Assembly (NCBI GenBank): GCA_030390025.1
Contig: CM059450.1
Coordinates: 5,704,001 to 5,768,000, forward strand
DNA: 64,000 nt
Direction: 5' to 3'
Source: Squalus acanthias
Taxonomy: Eukaryota
In this document: positions 1 to 22,386 of the stretch, piece after piece
Layout: the number at the start of each line of letters is the position of its first letter
How positions within the stretch are numbered: position 1 is the first letter of the stretch
Notes under the pieces: model-generated
The model's database searches: none
Told to the model about the DNA's origin: nothing
Seen by the model: the letters and a program-made list of their open reading frames with translations, nothing else
Made by a program: the position numbers and the translations under genes

Positions 1-1370
1 ACTTCACATAGCCGAGACACAGATCAAGTGTTCGGTCATTTTGAAGAGACAGGTCAAGTAGTGCAGGAATTTTGAGAGCCGTCCGAAGGCATGGTCAGAA
101 ATGAAGGTTTTTAAAAGCTGAGCGGGAAGGAACAAGATGAAGAGATGTAGGAAGAGCGCTCCAGAGCGTGCGGCCAAGATGATCCCCTCTGCCACCAAGT
201 GAAGAACAAAGGAGGGGGCACTGAACAGGAGTTCAGAGTTGGAGGTCTGTAGGGTGCAGGCTGGGAGGCAGGGAAGATGGGGCAAAACGAAGGAAGGATT
301 TGTAAAAAAGGAGTTTTGAATTTGTTTTGCACTGTGAGCCAAGGAAAGTCAGTGAGGACTGGGACAAGATCCAAGTGAGATTCAGGACAGGACAGGGGAT
401 GCATGGCATATGTTGAATATGTTGGAGTTTGTAATTCTGCCAGTTATGCAAGTGAGCTTTATTGATGTCTAATTGGTGAGGGAAGGATTTGTGCTGAGAA
501 TCCAGACATTGTGTACTGCTGAAGAGTCAACAGTGAGTTATAGGTGCTGAAAAAACCCAAAACAAACCCTATAGATGAGATTACAAAAAGTGGGACAGAT
601 ACACCATATAGCAGGGGAAGAGGATCAAGAACTAAATCAAGGCTGGATAGGGATGTGTTTATAATAATTGTTTACTGAAACAAATCAGCAAAGGAATCTT
701 ATTGAACCCATAGATTCTGGTTGCAGGAGCCTCGACCAGCTGCTAGAGCAGCGGCAGAGAGACACAGGCACAACCAGAGACTAGAGAGCCAGTTCATTAC
801 AGGAGACACCATTAACAACTTCAATCCATAAATTGCTGCCAGCCAGATACATGGATGAAGTTGATCGAGACAGGGAAATTTTCTTGGCTACGAAGATTAG
901 CAAACAGGGATTCCCAGCCTCGCAAATTCAGGAGTTATTCTCATAGGCAAGCGTGCAATTGTTGAACCATTAGTGTAGCAGTGGTATTCCTTCTAGACAC
1001 AGCTTTACCATTTTAACATAATAGAAAAAGCAATATAATGTTGTAACTGCTATTAAGACACATTCGTCAGCCATGGCAAGAGCAGTGTTGTGAAATATTG
1101 CAAAAGGGGCAAGGAATAGGTCAGGTAATGCCTCACTGTAATCATCCTTTTAAAGCACATGGGTCCAAACAATGAGATGGAAATTGGGCACCATTGGCTA
1201 CCTAACAAGGCACTGAATGAAGTTCAGGCAGGCAGGAAGACTTACTAGCCAGGCCAGTGTTGAGCATCAGTATATCCAGTCCCCAATCATTTCTGTGGCA
1301 TAAACTCAAATTACATGGTTCCCCCAACATGTTGTGTCACTTAAGGAAGACAGTTCAATACACAATAGCT

Positions 1371-1376
1371 TTTATT
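1371..1376 (-). terminator. AATAAA polyadenylation signal of ferritin copy 1 (equivalent motif downstream of the other copies, e.g. 6076-6081, 30661-30666)
   Basis: TTTATT on + strand about 135 nt downstream of the stop codon, at a conserved position across copies. Confidence 0.7.
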
Positions 1377-1510
1377 TGCAGCTGCAGTGAGTTACTACAA
1401 TACTTCATGGAACTGCCTGGTAGCGCTCACAATCAAATCCAAACACCACTGAGATCACTCAATATACAGGTTGGTGTGTCTGCAATATAGAATATAGTCC
1501 TGCAGTAAAT

Positions 1511-2187
<677 letters not shown>

Positions 2188-2335
2188 CCTGCTTTCTCTG
2201 GGCAGCTCCTGATGAAGGGCCTTCCTCCTATCTATATACTCCTGGTCAACAGCTGCCTTTAATAAAGGGCAGGGTACCCAGACGATGAGTGACAATTTTC
2301 AGTAGCCAATCAGGCAGTTGCTTTGTCTCAGAACA

Positions 2336-3494
<1,159 letters not shown>

Positions 3495-3495
3495 T

Positions 3496-4927
3496 TATTC
3501 ATCCATGAAGTCTGATTATTGTTTATTTTGTTCTTTCCTTTTAGCGAAATATATTTTTCCTGCACTCTGTTGAACACCGTTTTAAATGTTTCCCATTGCT
3601 GTTCTACATTGTTTCCCACATTACAACAGTGACTCCACTTCAAAAAGTACTTCTTTGACTGTAAAGCGCTTTGAGATGTCTGTGGTCCACATCTTCTCCT
3701 GGATTGGATGCAAGTCTTTCTTTTTACATTGTTGTTGGCCAATATTATTGCCCTTTTTTTCTCCAAGTTCTATTCTCAGCCCCTCAAAATCAGCTTTTCT
3801 CCAATCTATTAACCTGGTTTTCATCATACTTATATCCTTCTCAATTATCATCTTAAAGTGTATTATATTATGGTCACTATTGCCTATATGTTCCCCTTCT
3901 TTAACTTCTCTTATCTGCTCTGGTTCATTCTCCATTAATAGATCCAATAGCGAATCCTCCTTTGTTGGGCTTTTTACATATTGGGTTAGAAAGGAGTCCT
4001 GTCCACATTGTAGGAACTCTATTCCCTTATCCCCTTTACCTACCTCTTCTGTCCAATTAATATCGGGGTAATTGAAATCCCCCATGATTATTATTCAATG
4101 CTTTTTGCTTATTTCCCTAATTTGTCTGCATATTTCATCCTCCACCTCCCTTCCACTATTAGGTGGTCTGTAGACTACGCCTATTAGTGTGATTGATCCT
4201 TTATCTCTATCCATATGGATTCTATTTTTACGATAGCCAGTTCTGACGAAAGGTCTTCGACCTGAAACGTTAACTCTGTTTCTCTCTCCACGGATGCTGC
4301 CTGGCCTGCTGAGTTTTTCCAGCGTTTTCTGTTGTTATTTTGGATTCTATTTTTGTCTTGCTGATATCTGTGTCACTTTTTTCTACTGCCATTATGTTAT
4401 CCCTAATAAGTACAGCTACTCCACCTCCCCTTTTCCCTCCCTATCTTTTCTAAATATGTAATACCCTGCAATGTTTAATTCCCAGTCTTAATTTTTCTGT
4501 AGCCATGTCTCAGTAATCCCTACTATGGCTCGCAATGCATGATTGCCTCCAGCTCCCCTGTTTTTTTACGGACAGTGTGTATTGCTGTACAGACAGTTTA
4601 ACTCAATAGAATTTCCTCTCACTATGTTTAACCATCTTTTTAGACTCCCGTTCTATAACTATTTATTCCCTTGCCATTAATGTCCTCCCTTACTTTATTC
4701 TTTCCTATACTGTTTTGTTTATATTTAGGCTGGTTATGTTTCTTGTAGATCCTTCCTCCCATCTTACTAGTTTAAAGCGTTTGCCACCTCCCTATTTACC
4801 CTTCCCGCTAGGACATGGGTCCCATCCCGGTTCCGGTGGAACCCGTCCCAGCACAACCCGTCCCAGCACTGGTGCCCGTGTCCCACGAAAAAGAACCCCT
4901 CTTTCCCACACCAGCCCTTTAGCCAGA
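3496..4927 (-). mobile_element. CR1-type LINE fragment (end of ORF1 plus AP-endonuclease region of ORF2)
   Basis: ORF 3621-4085 MGDFNYPDINW...QYVKSPT...LLDL...SDHNII matches LINE AP-endonuclease motifs; the ORF1 end (DG.H.NRDGTHVL-like) lies near 4770-4850. Confidence 0.85.
4230..4340. mobile_element. Short Penelope-terminus-like insertion nested in CR1, with a 14-bp target-site duplication
   Basis: tggattctattttt at 4216-4229 and 4341-4354; the interior (cctgaaacgttaac...gatgctgcctggcctgctgagt) is the reverse complement of the terminal part of the Penelope fragment at 13030-13150. Confidence 0.7.
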
Positions 4928-6214
4928 GGAGTGGTGGTGCACTGTGGTTGCAGCATCAAAGACTTTGATCAAGTTTGGCTTGGCACTGTGGTCAGGGCAG
5001 CAGCCAGATTGTACGTGGGAGGACGAGAACAGTGAGAGTGCCTAGACACTAGTTCTGTCCTCAGCAACAGTTTGCTGTAGCGATCACTCAGTGCAGTTTA
5101 GAGGCAAGAAGAAATGCAAATGTAAAGAGAGAAAAGTCTTTGGTAGCAGTAGAACAGTGTCAGTTATGCCAGTGAGCTTTAATGATGTCTAATTGGATTT
5201 GTGCCGAGAGTTTACAGACATTGTGTGCAGCCGATTACATAACCGCAGAAGGATAGGCTATGAAAAAACCCTATAGATGAGATTAAGAAAAGTGGGACAG
5301 ACTATAGCAGGGCACGGGGGAGGGGGGGGGGTGTGCGGGAACAATTAATAACCATATCTGGGTAGGGTGTGGTATAATGAAACATATCAGCAAGGGAATT
5401 GTATTGAACCCATATATTCTGATTTCATGGAGCCTAGATTAGCTGCTAGATCAGAGGCCAAAGATGCACAATTAAAACACAGCTAGAGACTGGAGAGCCA
5501 GCTAACTGCAGGAGACACCATTAGCAATTTGAGTCCATACATTGCAGTCAGCCAGATGCAAGGACTACATTGACAGACATGGCAATTTTCTCAGGCCACT
5601 AAGATTAGTAACAGGGATTCCTAGCTTCTCAAATTCAGGAGTTATTCTCATATGCAAGTGTGTGATTGTTGAACCATTACTGTAGCAGTGGTATTCTTTC
5701 TGTACACAGCTTTACTGTCTTAACATAATAGAAAAAGCTATATAATGTTGTAACAGCTAATTGATAGGAACAAAGACACATTCCTCAACTACAGCAAGAG
5801 CAGTGTTGTGAAATATTGCAAAAGGGGCAAGGAATAGGTCAGGAACTGCCTTATTGTAATAATCCTTTTAAAGCACATCATCCAGAAAGTGTATGAATTG
5901 GAAACAGGCACCATTGGCTACCTAGCAAGGCACTGAATAAAGTTCAGTCCTCCAGGCAGGAGTTCAGCCTCACTATATCCTGTCACCAATCATTTTTGTA
6001 GCATAAACCCAAATTACATGGTTCCCCCAACATGTTGGGTCACTTGAAGGAAGACAAGATCAATACACAATAGCTTTTATTTGGAGCTGCAGTGACATTT
6101 ACTACAATCCATCACAGAAGTGCTTTGTAGAGCTCACAATCAAATCCTACCACTGAGATCAGTCAATATACAGGTTGGTGTGTCTGCAATATAGAATATA
6201 GTCCTGCAGTAAAT

Positions 6215-8973
6215 TCAGTCACTCTCCCCCAGGGTGTGCTTGTCAAACAGGTACTCTCCCATGCCATTCTCAGGGGCTCCCAGTCTCTTCAAGTTGGTGA
6301 TGTGATCTCCCAGCTTCTTGATCATCTTCACTTGCTCATCCAAGTAGTGGGTCTCCAGGAAGTCACACAACTGGAAAAAGGAGAAACCAGTCAGTACAGA
6401 CAACAGATCAAGGATAACACTGAGGAATTGTTCCACATCTTCTCCTGGATGGTACATACAACTAGTGCACTTGGAGCAGTTCATTGATTTGGTGCATATT
6501 AGACTACTACACATGGTCAGTTTACAATTGGATCCAGAACTCCTTTACAATGCTTCAGATACTGGGTTGCCCCAGGACAAGTTTAGGTGATGAGTCTACA
6601 GTATGTGATCTAGATCCTCCTTTAAAAAAAGGCTTGTTGATATCTCTGCAATTGACAAACAAGACTACTTGTTATGGAGATCTTACCAACAGTTGCATTA
6701 AATGGCAGAAAAAGCCTCAAGCCATCATCCTCAACACATCCAAGATTCATTGTTGGAACATTAGGAACTTACATGAGGGTCAGTCCTCTCAGTGGAGAGT
6801 TTGTGCAGATCCAGCAGACTCTGGTTGACATTCTTCTCCATCTGCAGAGCTCTCTGCATCACCACCAGTCCATTGCTCCACTCGTCCTGCTCTGGTTTCT
6901 GAAGAGAATAAATGAGATCTCAGCCAGTTCAGTTACAATGTATGAAATTGAAGGGCAATCTACATCAAGGGTTAAAAGGCAACACTAATGTTAATCTATA
7001 TTACCACACCTGTGAATAGTAATTTCTGAATTATGCAATCAACTACTGGAATTAAATTGAAGGCAATTCCTACACAAGCTGTTTTCTTAAAGACCTGACT
7101 AAGGTCACCATACAGGAGGCCACCCATTTTAGTTTTAGCTACTAGTCTGTTGGGCAGAAGCCCATTCCTTCTGAACATCCATATACATTGATCTTCCGAA
7201 AGTCATTAGCGCCGTGACACAAACATCAAAGTCATACCCACTCACCCTAATCAGTTTATACCTGCCAAGTTTTCACTTACTCTCCCCAACACTAGTAATT
7301 TTACACAAATTAATCTCACTGACTTATAAGACTGCTTGGGTGTATTGTTAAGATAACCATTTAAAATAATGAGGAAATTGTGTTTTAAAGCAATCTAAAT
7401 AGCATCACAGGAGACCCCTCCTTAGTTAAATCCAACCTTGATGTCCTCCAAGATGATTCGGCCTCCACGCCGATTCTGGAATTTCATCAGTTTCTCAGCG
7501 TGCTCGTGTTTCTCATGTGACTGCTCCTTGAAGAACTCGGCAAAGTGACGCAGGGCAACATCATCCCGGTCAAAGTAATAGGACTGTGGAGAGAGAATCA
7601 AGAAAAAAAAAAGCTAGTCGTACCTAGATCTTTTCTAGTGTTATGGCAGCCACATCAGTTTAAACATTGGGGAAGCAACTATATAACATTAATATTTTGT
7701 ATAATAAAGCAATGCTTTTGTTAGAAAACGTCGATTGTGAAAACAAGCAAGATTTCACTTATTCCATTAAGAGCTTATTGCTCCCCGTGGCAGCAGCTAA
7801 ACTGGCTAATTAACGGCTCAAGAAGATTGTCAAGATTTGAAGTTTCATTTGAGCACACTTCTAGGAATGGTACCCAGTAATATTCATTAATTGTAGATGA
7901 TTTCCCTTTCACCAGATTCTCTATTTATTGAAGCAAAGACCTCTATAGGAACTGGTCCCTCTCCGCCACCATAACTTTGCCAGAAGTGTCACAAACAGCA
8001 TTTCTGCCACAGTTCTGGCAAAGTTGCAGAAGCAGAGAGTGGGAGCAGCTCCAAGAAAATTCCCAGCCAATCCAGGCCAGTGCAGTGAGGTTAGCAGCAG
8101 ACAAAAGCCACTGAAATGCTCAAGTCTCTGGAAATAGAGACCTAGTCACTAACACTTTGCCAATAGTGCAGGATTCCGAGTACTGCTACTCCAGAGAAAA
8201 GGGGAAAATCTGACCAACCAGCATTTTATTGACTAGTCAACCCAGGGGGGAAATAAAAAAGTTAAAAGCGGGGATGTGATACCACCTTCTACATGCAAAG
8301 ACACTTCAAGGGAGGAGATTAGACATACACCAAACACCATAGATAGATTCTAGAGATAACTGAATAGACAAGATCAAGCTTGGAGAGCAGCAGACAGAAG
8401 GATTTCAAAAGGTAAGGATAATTTGGCAAGTCCAAGACAGCTGAAGATTTAAGAGACAAAAAGGGTAGGATACAGGGTTAGATAAGACTGCAGAAGCTGG
8501 GTGGGGCAACACCATGGCCAGATCTACAAGAGAAAGACAAGGATTCTGAATTAATTATATTGGGAGAAATGGACAGCATATAAATAGCTGTTCCAGAATA
8601 CTTCTATTGCAAGTTCATGTAATCTAGGAACATGAGTCAGATTACAAATTAAACCCTACAAAAGGGCGAAGCTACAACAAGGAGAATATTCATGAGCTGC
8701 ACAAGAGATAAATGTCCCACAATATAGATTGAAACAACATTACAAAACTGCCATTTTTGCATAGTTTAGAAAAAAATGTAGTGAGAAAAAAAAAAAATTC
8801 TACCCAACTAGAATTTAGTAACTTCATATTACTCAATCTTCTTGAAGGGGTCAACAAGAACCAAAACTCACCATGGAGAGATAAACATAGGAGGAATAGA
8901 GCTCCATGTTGATCTGCTTGTTAACAGCATCCTGGCTGTCCTTGTGGTAGTTCTGACACACTTGGGAATCCAT
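6215..8973 (-). CDS. fth1: Ferritin heavy/middle-type subunit, copy 2 (class A, E62K), 176 aa
   Basis: Exons 8973-8872, 7583-7437, 6898-6773, 6370-6215; GT-AG introns; [10 protein letters not shown]...[10 protein letters not shown]...LGESD*. Confidence 0.93.
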
Positions 8974-9014
8974 CCTGCTTTCTCTGGGTAGCTCCTGATG
9001 AATGGCCTTCCTCC

Positions 9015-9100
9015 TATCTATATACTCCTGGTCAACAGCTGCCTTTAATAAAGGGCAGGGTACCCAGACGATGAGTGACAATTTTCAGTAGCCAATCGGG
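9015..9100 (-). promoter_or_regulatory. Class-A core promoter: TATA-like TATATAGATA plus inverted CCAAT (shared by copies 1-4)
   Basis: TATATAGATA at 9024-9015, about 40-50 nt upstream of the ATG; agccaatc at about 9090-9097; conserved in the four class-A copies. Confidence 0.55.
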
Positions 9101-10204
9101 CAGTTGCTTTCTCTCAAAACATCAGTCAAGAAAGAGGATGGGAGATGATGCCCAGAACCCTTGAGACTCCTCCAGGCCCAGAAAAGGCAGAACCCTTGAG
9201 AACTTTGAAGGATGGGCATCATTGGCTGACAATTTAATAAGCATCCCATTGCTTTGACTTCTTTCAAACTAACATTTAACAGTGAGGAATAAATAATCAG
9301 AAGCACGGGTTTAAAATGGAAATTTGATCTTCTGTTTGCAATTATTGGTTGCTACTAATTCTGGAAGGTTTCTGGAGTTTGTTATTTGCTGGTGGCTATG
9401 GGCTTGCTGCAGCATCCAAATAGATCAGTCCTCAGTGAGTCTGCAAACCCACCACCCAACAATGAGCCAGGTGAACAGAAAGTGGGTGTGAGGAATGTGT
9501 CAAGCACACGTTCCCAGATACTCCATTATGGTTAGGGTCAGTGAGCACATCAACTGGAAACTACTTGGGTAGAATTGCTCTGTTTTTCACGACAGTGTTT
9601 CTACACTATGTAAAAATGGGAGTTATGAATTAGCGTGTTTAAATCCAAATTGCAGGACATTTGTCTCATGGAATTGAAAAATACACAGTAGATATTCGAC
9701 AAATATGTTTTTGCATCTGAGGCTGCACCTTTTCCACCAGCACATCTGTTGGGTTTTATCATTTTACCCAGAGTAACAAGTACGAGCTGTGGTAAGTCCG
9801 GTCTCTGCCAGAGGTTCAATGGCAGGAGAGACTGAGGCAACAACTACAGCAACAAACTGCATCTCTATAGCGCCCAGAAAACATCCCAAAGCACTTCACA
9901 TAGCCGAGACACAGATCAAGTGTTCGGTCATTTTGAAGAGACAAGTCAAGTAGTGCAGGAATTTTGAGAGCCGTCCGAAGGCATGGTCAGAAATGAAGGT
10001 TTTTAAAAGCTGGGGAGGGAAGGAACAAGGTGAAGAGATGTAGGCAGAGCGCTCCAGAGCGTGCGGCCAAGATGATCAATCCTCTGTCACCAAGTGAAGA
10101 ACAAAGGAGGGGGCACTGAACAGGAGTTCAGAGTCGGAGGTCCGTAGGGTGCAGGCTGGGAGGCAGGGAAGATGGGGCAAAGTCATGGAATGATTTATAA
10201 ACAA

Positions 10205-10935
10205 GGGGCTAGATTTTGTCAATGGAGACGTGCTGGAGGCGGGACTTCTGGTTTCCGGGTTTCAGTCCCGCCCCAGCGCCGTCTGACCAACCTATGCTAT
10301 TTTCCCTTGATTGGCTTTGGCAAGCTCGCCCTGCAGACTTACCGGCCAATTAAGGGAAAGCCGGTGACAGATGACGTCAGCGTATGATGCTTCATCTGTC
10401 GAAAATTTTTTGACAGATGAATTGTCAGCATTTGACAGCTTTGAGAAGCTTTCAAACACTGCCAATCTCTGTTCTAAGGTGAGCCCTTGCACAAAGGTTC
10501 ACCAAGACCTCTCTCCTCAGCAGAAAGCAGATGGCTGCAGCATGAGAATGCAGCAGCCATTCTGTCATCTCTGCCGTTGAGATGAGGCACCTCCAGATCC
10601 TCAAAGGTTGAAGCCTGCAGAAAGAAAAGGAAACTTTTTCCAACACTTTACACTCACCTCTCCACACTTGCACCCATCACTCACCTCTACAGCTGACATT
10701 TCGACCCCTCTCACCCCCGCAGCTTGCCTCGCTGACCCTGGCGAGGTTCACAGCCGTCGGGAAGCCCGCAATTGCAGGGGCAAAATGGGGAAAAGCCTTA
10801 AAACTGCCTGTTAACAGGCAGTTAATTGGCTCTAATCCCCTTCCCGCCTCGAGGAGATGGGTCCCTCCGCCACTCGGGGACCCGCCTCCTGGGAAGATGG
10901 CATGGAGGCGGCTTGGGAGCGGGGTCGGTACCCAG
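10205..10935. mobile_element. GC-rich insertion, probably a non-autonomous DNA transposon remnant
   Basis: CpG-rich block absent from the paralogous spacers (1-500, 16741-17160); termini not resolved. Confidence 0.4.
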
Positions 10936-11922
10936 CCATTGTGTGCTGCGGAAGAGTCAACACTGAGTTATAGGCGCTGAAAAAAACCAGAACAAACCCT
11001 ATAGATGAGATTAGGAAAAGTGGGACAGATGCACCATACAGCAGGGGAAGAGGATCAAGAACTAAATCTAGGCTGGATAGGGATGTGTTTATAATGATTG
11101 TTTAATGAAGCAAATCAGCAAGAGAATCTTATTGAACCCATAGATTCTGGCTGCATGGAGCCTCGGCCAGCTGCTAGAGCAGAGGCCAGACACACATGGG
11201 CACAACTGGAGACAGTTAATTACAGGAGACACCATTAGCAACTTGAATCCATAAAGTGCTGTCAGTCAGATCCATGGACAACATTGATTGAGACAAGGAC
11301 ATTTTCTTGGCCACTAAGATTAGTAACAGGGATTCCCAGCCTCTCAAACACAGGAGTTATTCTCATATGCAAGTGTGTGATTGTTGAACCATTAGTATAG
11401 CAGTGGTATTTCTTCTGTACACAGTTTTACTATTCCCTTAACATAATAGAAAAAATGCTACAAGTAGTAATAGCTAATTGATAGGAACAAAGACACATTC
11501 CTCATCCATGGCAAGAGCAGTGTTGTGAAATATTGCAAAAGGGGCAAAGAATGTGTCAGGTAATGCCTTATTGTAATCATCCTTTTAAAGCACCTAGGTC
11601 CCAATTGGAAACAGGCATCATTGGCTACCTAGCAAGGCACTGAATAAAGTTCAGCCATCCAGGAAGGCTTTAGCCAGTTGGGTGCCCAGACTCACTATAC
11701 CCTGTCTCCAATCATTTCTGTGGCATAAACCCAAATTACTTGGTTCCCCGCATTTAGTGTCACTTTAAGGAAGAGAAGTTCAATACTCAATAGCTTTTAT
11801 TGGCAGTGAGTGACTACAATACTTAAATGCTTTGTAGAGCACAATCAAATCCTCACACCACCGAGATCAATCAATATACCGGTTGGTGCGTCGGCAATAT
11901 AGAATATAGTCCTGCAGTAAAT

Positions 11923-15920
<3,998 letters not shown>

Positions 15921-17169
15921 CCTGCTTTCTCTGGGTGGCTACTGATGAAGGCCTTCCTCCTATCTATATACTCCTGGTCAACAGCTGCCTTTAATAAAGG
16001 GCAGGGTACCCAGACGATGAGTGACAATTTTCAGTAGCCAATCGGGCAGTTGCTTTCTCTCAAACCATCAATCAACAAAGAGGAAGGGAGATGAGGCCCA
16101 GAACCCATGTGAACTTTGAAGGATGAGCATCATTGGCTGACAATTTAATAAGCATCCCTATGCTTTGACTTCTTTCAAACGAACATTTAACAGTGAGGAT
16201 TCAAATATTCAGAAGCACGGGTTTAAAATGGAGATTTGATCTTCTGTTTTCAATTTATTGGTTGCTACTAATTCTGGGAAGTCCCCGGAGTTTGTTATTT
16301 GCCGATGGCTATGGGCTTGCTGCAACATCCAAATAGATCAGTCCTCAGTGAGTCTGCAAACCCAACTCCCAACAATGAGCCAGGTGAATGGAAAGTGGGT
16401 GTGAGGAATGTGTCAAGCGCACGTTTCCAGATACTCCATCACTTTTAGGGTCAGTGAGCACATCAACTGGAAACTGGAAGGGAGCATGTGGGATGTTTAG
16501 TTCTTGCTTTATTCTCATGGAATTGAAAAATACACAGTAGATATTTGAAAAAAAAAGTGTGCATCTGAGGCTGCACCTTTTCCACCAGCACATCTGTTGG
16601 GTTTTATCATTTTACCCAGGGTAACAAGTACGAGTTGTGGTAAGTCCGGTCTCTGCCAGAGGTTCAATGGCAGGAGAGACTGAGGCAACAACTACAACAA
16701 CAAACTGCATCTGTATAGTGCCCAGAAAACATCCCAAAGCACTTCACATAGCCGAGACACAGATCAAGTGTTCGGTCATTTTGGAGCGACAGGTCAAGTA
16801 GTGCAGGAATTTTGAGAGCCGTCCGAAGGCATGGTCAGAAGTGAAGGTTTTTAAAAGCTGAGCGGGAAGGAACAAGGTGAAGAGATGTAGGGAGAGCGCT
16901 CCAGAGCGTGCGGCCAAGATGATCAATCCTCTGCCACCAAGTGAAGAACAAAGGAGGGGGCACTGAACAGGAGTTCAGAGTTGGAGGTCCGTAGGGTGCA
17001 GGCTGGGAGGCAGGGAAGATAGGGCAAAACGAAGGAAGGATTTGTAAAAAAGGAGTTTTGAATTTGATTTGCATTTTGAGCCAAGGAAAGTCAGTGAGGA
17101 CTGGACAATATCCAAGTGAGATTCAGGACAGGGCAGGAGATGCATGGCATATGTTGAACATTTTGAAGT

Positions 17170-17690
17170 TTGTAGAGGTAGGCATTCGGGAGGGTAATTG
17201 AGAAGTTGAGTGTTGAGGTGACTAAAGCATCGATAAAGGTTTTTGTGGCGGAGCGAGTGAGATTGGGTTAAAATGGGCAATAGCGCAGAGTAAGAAACAT
17301 CCTATCTTCCCAATGTTCAATTGGAGGAAGTTCTGCCTCATCCAAAACTTGATGTCCGATCAGCAGTCTGATAACACAGGGTAGGCTGTGGAATTGAGTG
17401 GTGGTGATGATGGAGACGTAGAGTTCGGTGTCATCAGCATCTGTCTGGAAACTGACATGTTTGCAGATAATGTTTCCAAACGGCAGCACGTGAATGAGGA
17501 AAAGGGGGCCAAAAATAGCACATTGAAGTAACTGCTGGTGATTGTGTAGGGGTGGGCGGAGAAACGGTGCCTGGAAATAAACTGGCTCCATTGGGACATG
17601 GGGAGGGGAACCCATCACGGGCCGTTCTCCAAAGGTGGATCACTGATAAGAGATGGTGGTGGAGCATGGACTAATCAGCTGTGTTGGACA
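17170..17690 (-). mobile_element. Decayed L2-type LINE reverse-transcriptase fragment
   Basis: GPLFLIHVLPFGNIICKHVSFQTDADDTELYVS resembles the L2 GPLLF.IY..PLG.II..H.V.FH.YADDTQLY motif. Confidence 0.7.
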
Positions 17691-18771
17691 CTGCAGAGAA
17701 GTTAAGGAAGAGAAGGAGTGGTGCACTGTGTTTGCAGTATCAAAGGTTGTTGTCAGAGATGTTGATTAGGTTTGGCTTAGTACTGTGGGCAGGGCAGGGC
17801 AGAAGCCAGGTTGTAGGTGGAGGATGAAAACAGCAAGAGGACCGCCAATGTTGAGTAAGTAGAAACTAGTCCACCGTCCTTTTCTGTATTTAGAAAGTTT
17901 GCTGCAGCAATCAGTCTCTTGTCAGTGTAGATGGGGGGAAGGAAATGCAAATGTGAAGAGAAAAAAAGTCTGTAAGCAGTAGAATACAGAGCTAGTTATG
18001 TAAGTGAGCTTTATTGATGTCTAATTGAGGGAAGGGTTTGTGCTGAGAGTCCAGACATTGTGTGCTGCTGAAGAGTCAACAGTGAGAGTATAGTCTATGA
18101 AAAATACAAAACAAACCCTTTAGATGAGATTAGGGAATGAGATACAGAATACATCATACAGCAGGGGAAGAGGATCAAGAACTAAGTCTAGGTGGGCTAG
18201 GGATGTGGTTATAATTGTTTAGTAAAACAAAACAGTAAGGGAATCTTATTGAACCCATAGATTCAGGTTGCAGGGAGTCAAGACCAGCTGGTAGAGCAGC
18301 GACCATAGAAACTCATGCACAAGTAAAACACACATGAACCTAGAGACTGGAGAGCCAGGCAACTACAGGAGACACCATTGGCAGTTTGAGTCCATACATT
18401 ACTGGCAGCCAGATGCATGGACTACATTGAGACAGGGATATTTTCTTGGCCACCCTTTCTGTACACAGCTTCCCTCAACGTAAATAGAAAAAGCTATATT
18501 ATTTTGTAACATCTACTTTATAGGAAGACACATTAGTCAGCCATGGCAAGAGCAGTATTGTGAAATATTACAAAGGGGGCAAGGAATAGATCAGGAAATG
18601 CCTTACTGTAATCATCCTTTTGAAGCACATGGGTCCAAACCATTTAAGAATTGTAATTGGACACCATTAGCTACCTCACAAGGCACTGAATAAAGTTCAT
18701 CCATCTAGGAAGGAAGACTTACTAGTCAGTCAGTCAGGTGTTCTGCCTCACTCTATCCTGTGCCCAATCAT

Positions 18772-19535
18772 TGAGTCAGAGGCACAGGAGGACATTCAGC
18801 CCATCAAATTCTTGCCGGCTCTCGGTAGAGCAATTCAGTCAGTCCTATTCACCCGATCTATCCCCGTAGCCCAGCAAATTTATTTCCCCTCAAGTGCCAA
18901 TCTAGTCTCCCCTTGGAAACATTGAGTGTCTCCGCTTCCGTCGGCCAAGAGTTCCAGGTCCTCACCCCTCGCTGCGTAAAAGAGTTTTTCCACTCACATC
19001 CCCCTGTATCTCTCGCCCAAAACCTTAAATCTGTGTCCCCTAGTCCTTGTACCGTCAACTAGTAGGCACAACCTTGCCCCCTCTAGCCTATCCAAACCCG
19101 TCATAATCTTGTACACCTCTATCAAATCACCCCTCAACCACCTTTGCTCTAATGAAAACAAATCCAGCTTCTCCAACCTGTCCTTGTAGCAAAAATCCAC
19201 CATCCCCAGAACCATTCAGTAAATCTCCTCTGCACCCTCTCAAGGGCCTTCACGTCCTTCCTAAAGTGACCAGAACTGGACGCAATACTTCAGTTGTGGC
19301 CGAACCATCACTTTATTAAAAGTTCAGCATAACTTCTCTACTTTTGTAGTCAATACCCCTACTTCTGAAGCCCAAGATCCCAAATGCTTTGCTAACTACT
19401 CAATATGTCCTGCCACCTTCAGGGACCTATGCACATTAACTCCCAGGTCCCTCTGTCACTGCACACTCTTTAAAAGTGTGCCATTAAGTGTTTATTGCCT
19501 CTCCCTGTTCCTTCTGCCAAAATGCATCAACTCAC
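18772..19535 (-). mobile_element. CR1 LINE 3' fragment inserted in the 3' flank of copy 4
   Basis: YKDRLEKLDLFSLEQRWLRGDLIEVYKIMTGLDR...TRTRGHRFKV...FTQRGVRTWNS; interrupts a flank that is contiguous in other class-A copies. Confidence 0.85.
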
Positions 19536-19758
19536 TTCTGTTGTGGCAGAAACCCAAATTACAGGGTTCCCCCAACATGTAGTGTCACTTTAAGGAAGAC
19601 AAGTTCAATAGTCAATAGCTTTTATTTGCAGCTGCAGTGAGTTACTACAATCCTTCACAGAAATACTTTGTAGAGCTCACAATCAAAGCCTCACACTAGA
19701 GGTCACTCAATATACAGGGTGGTGCATCTGCAATATCAAATATAGTCCTGCAGTAAAT

Positions 19759-22386
<2,628 letters not shown>

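Noticed and set aside
8974-9081. Apparent N-terminal extension or signal peptide ([15 protein letters not shown]...) in frame with class-A exon 1 (also 2188-2295, 22387-22509)
   Set aside because: Starts at TTG rather than ATG, lies upstream of the TATA-like box, and is not called as an ORF in copy 3; not evidence for a secreted ferritin
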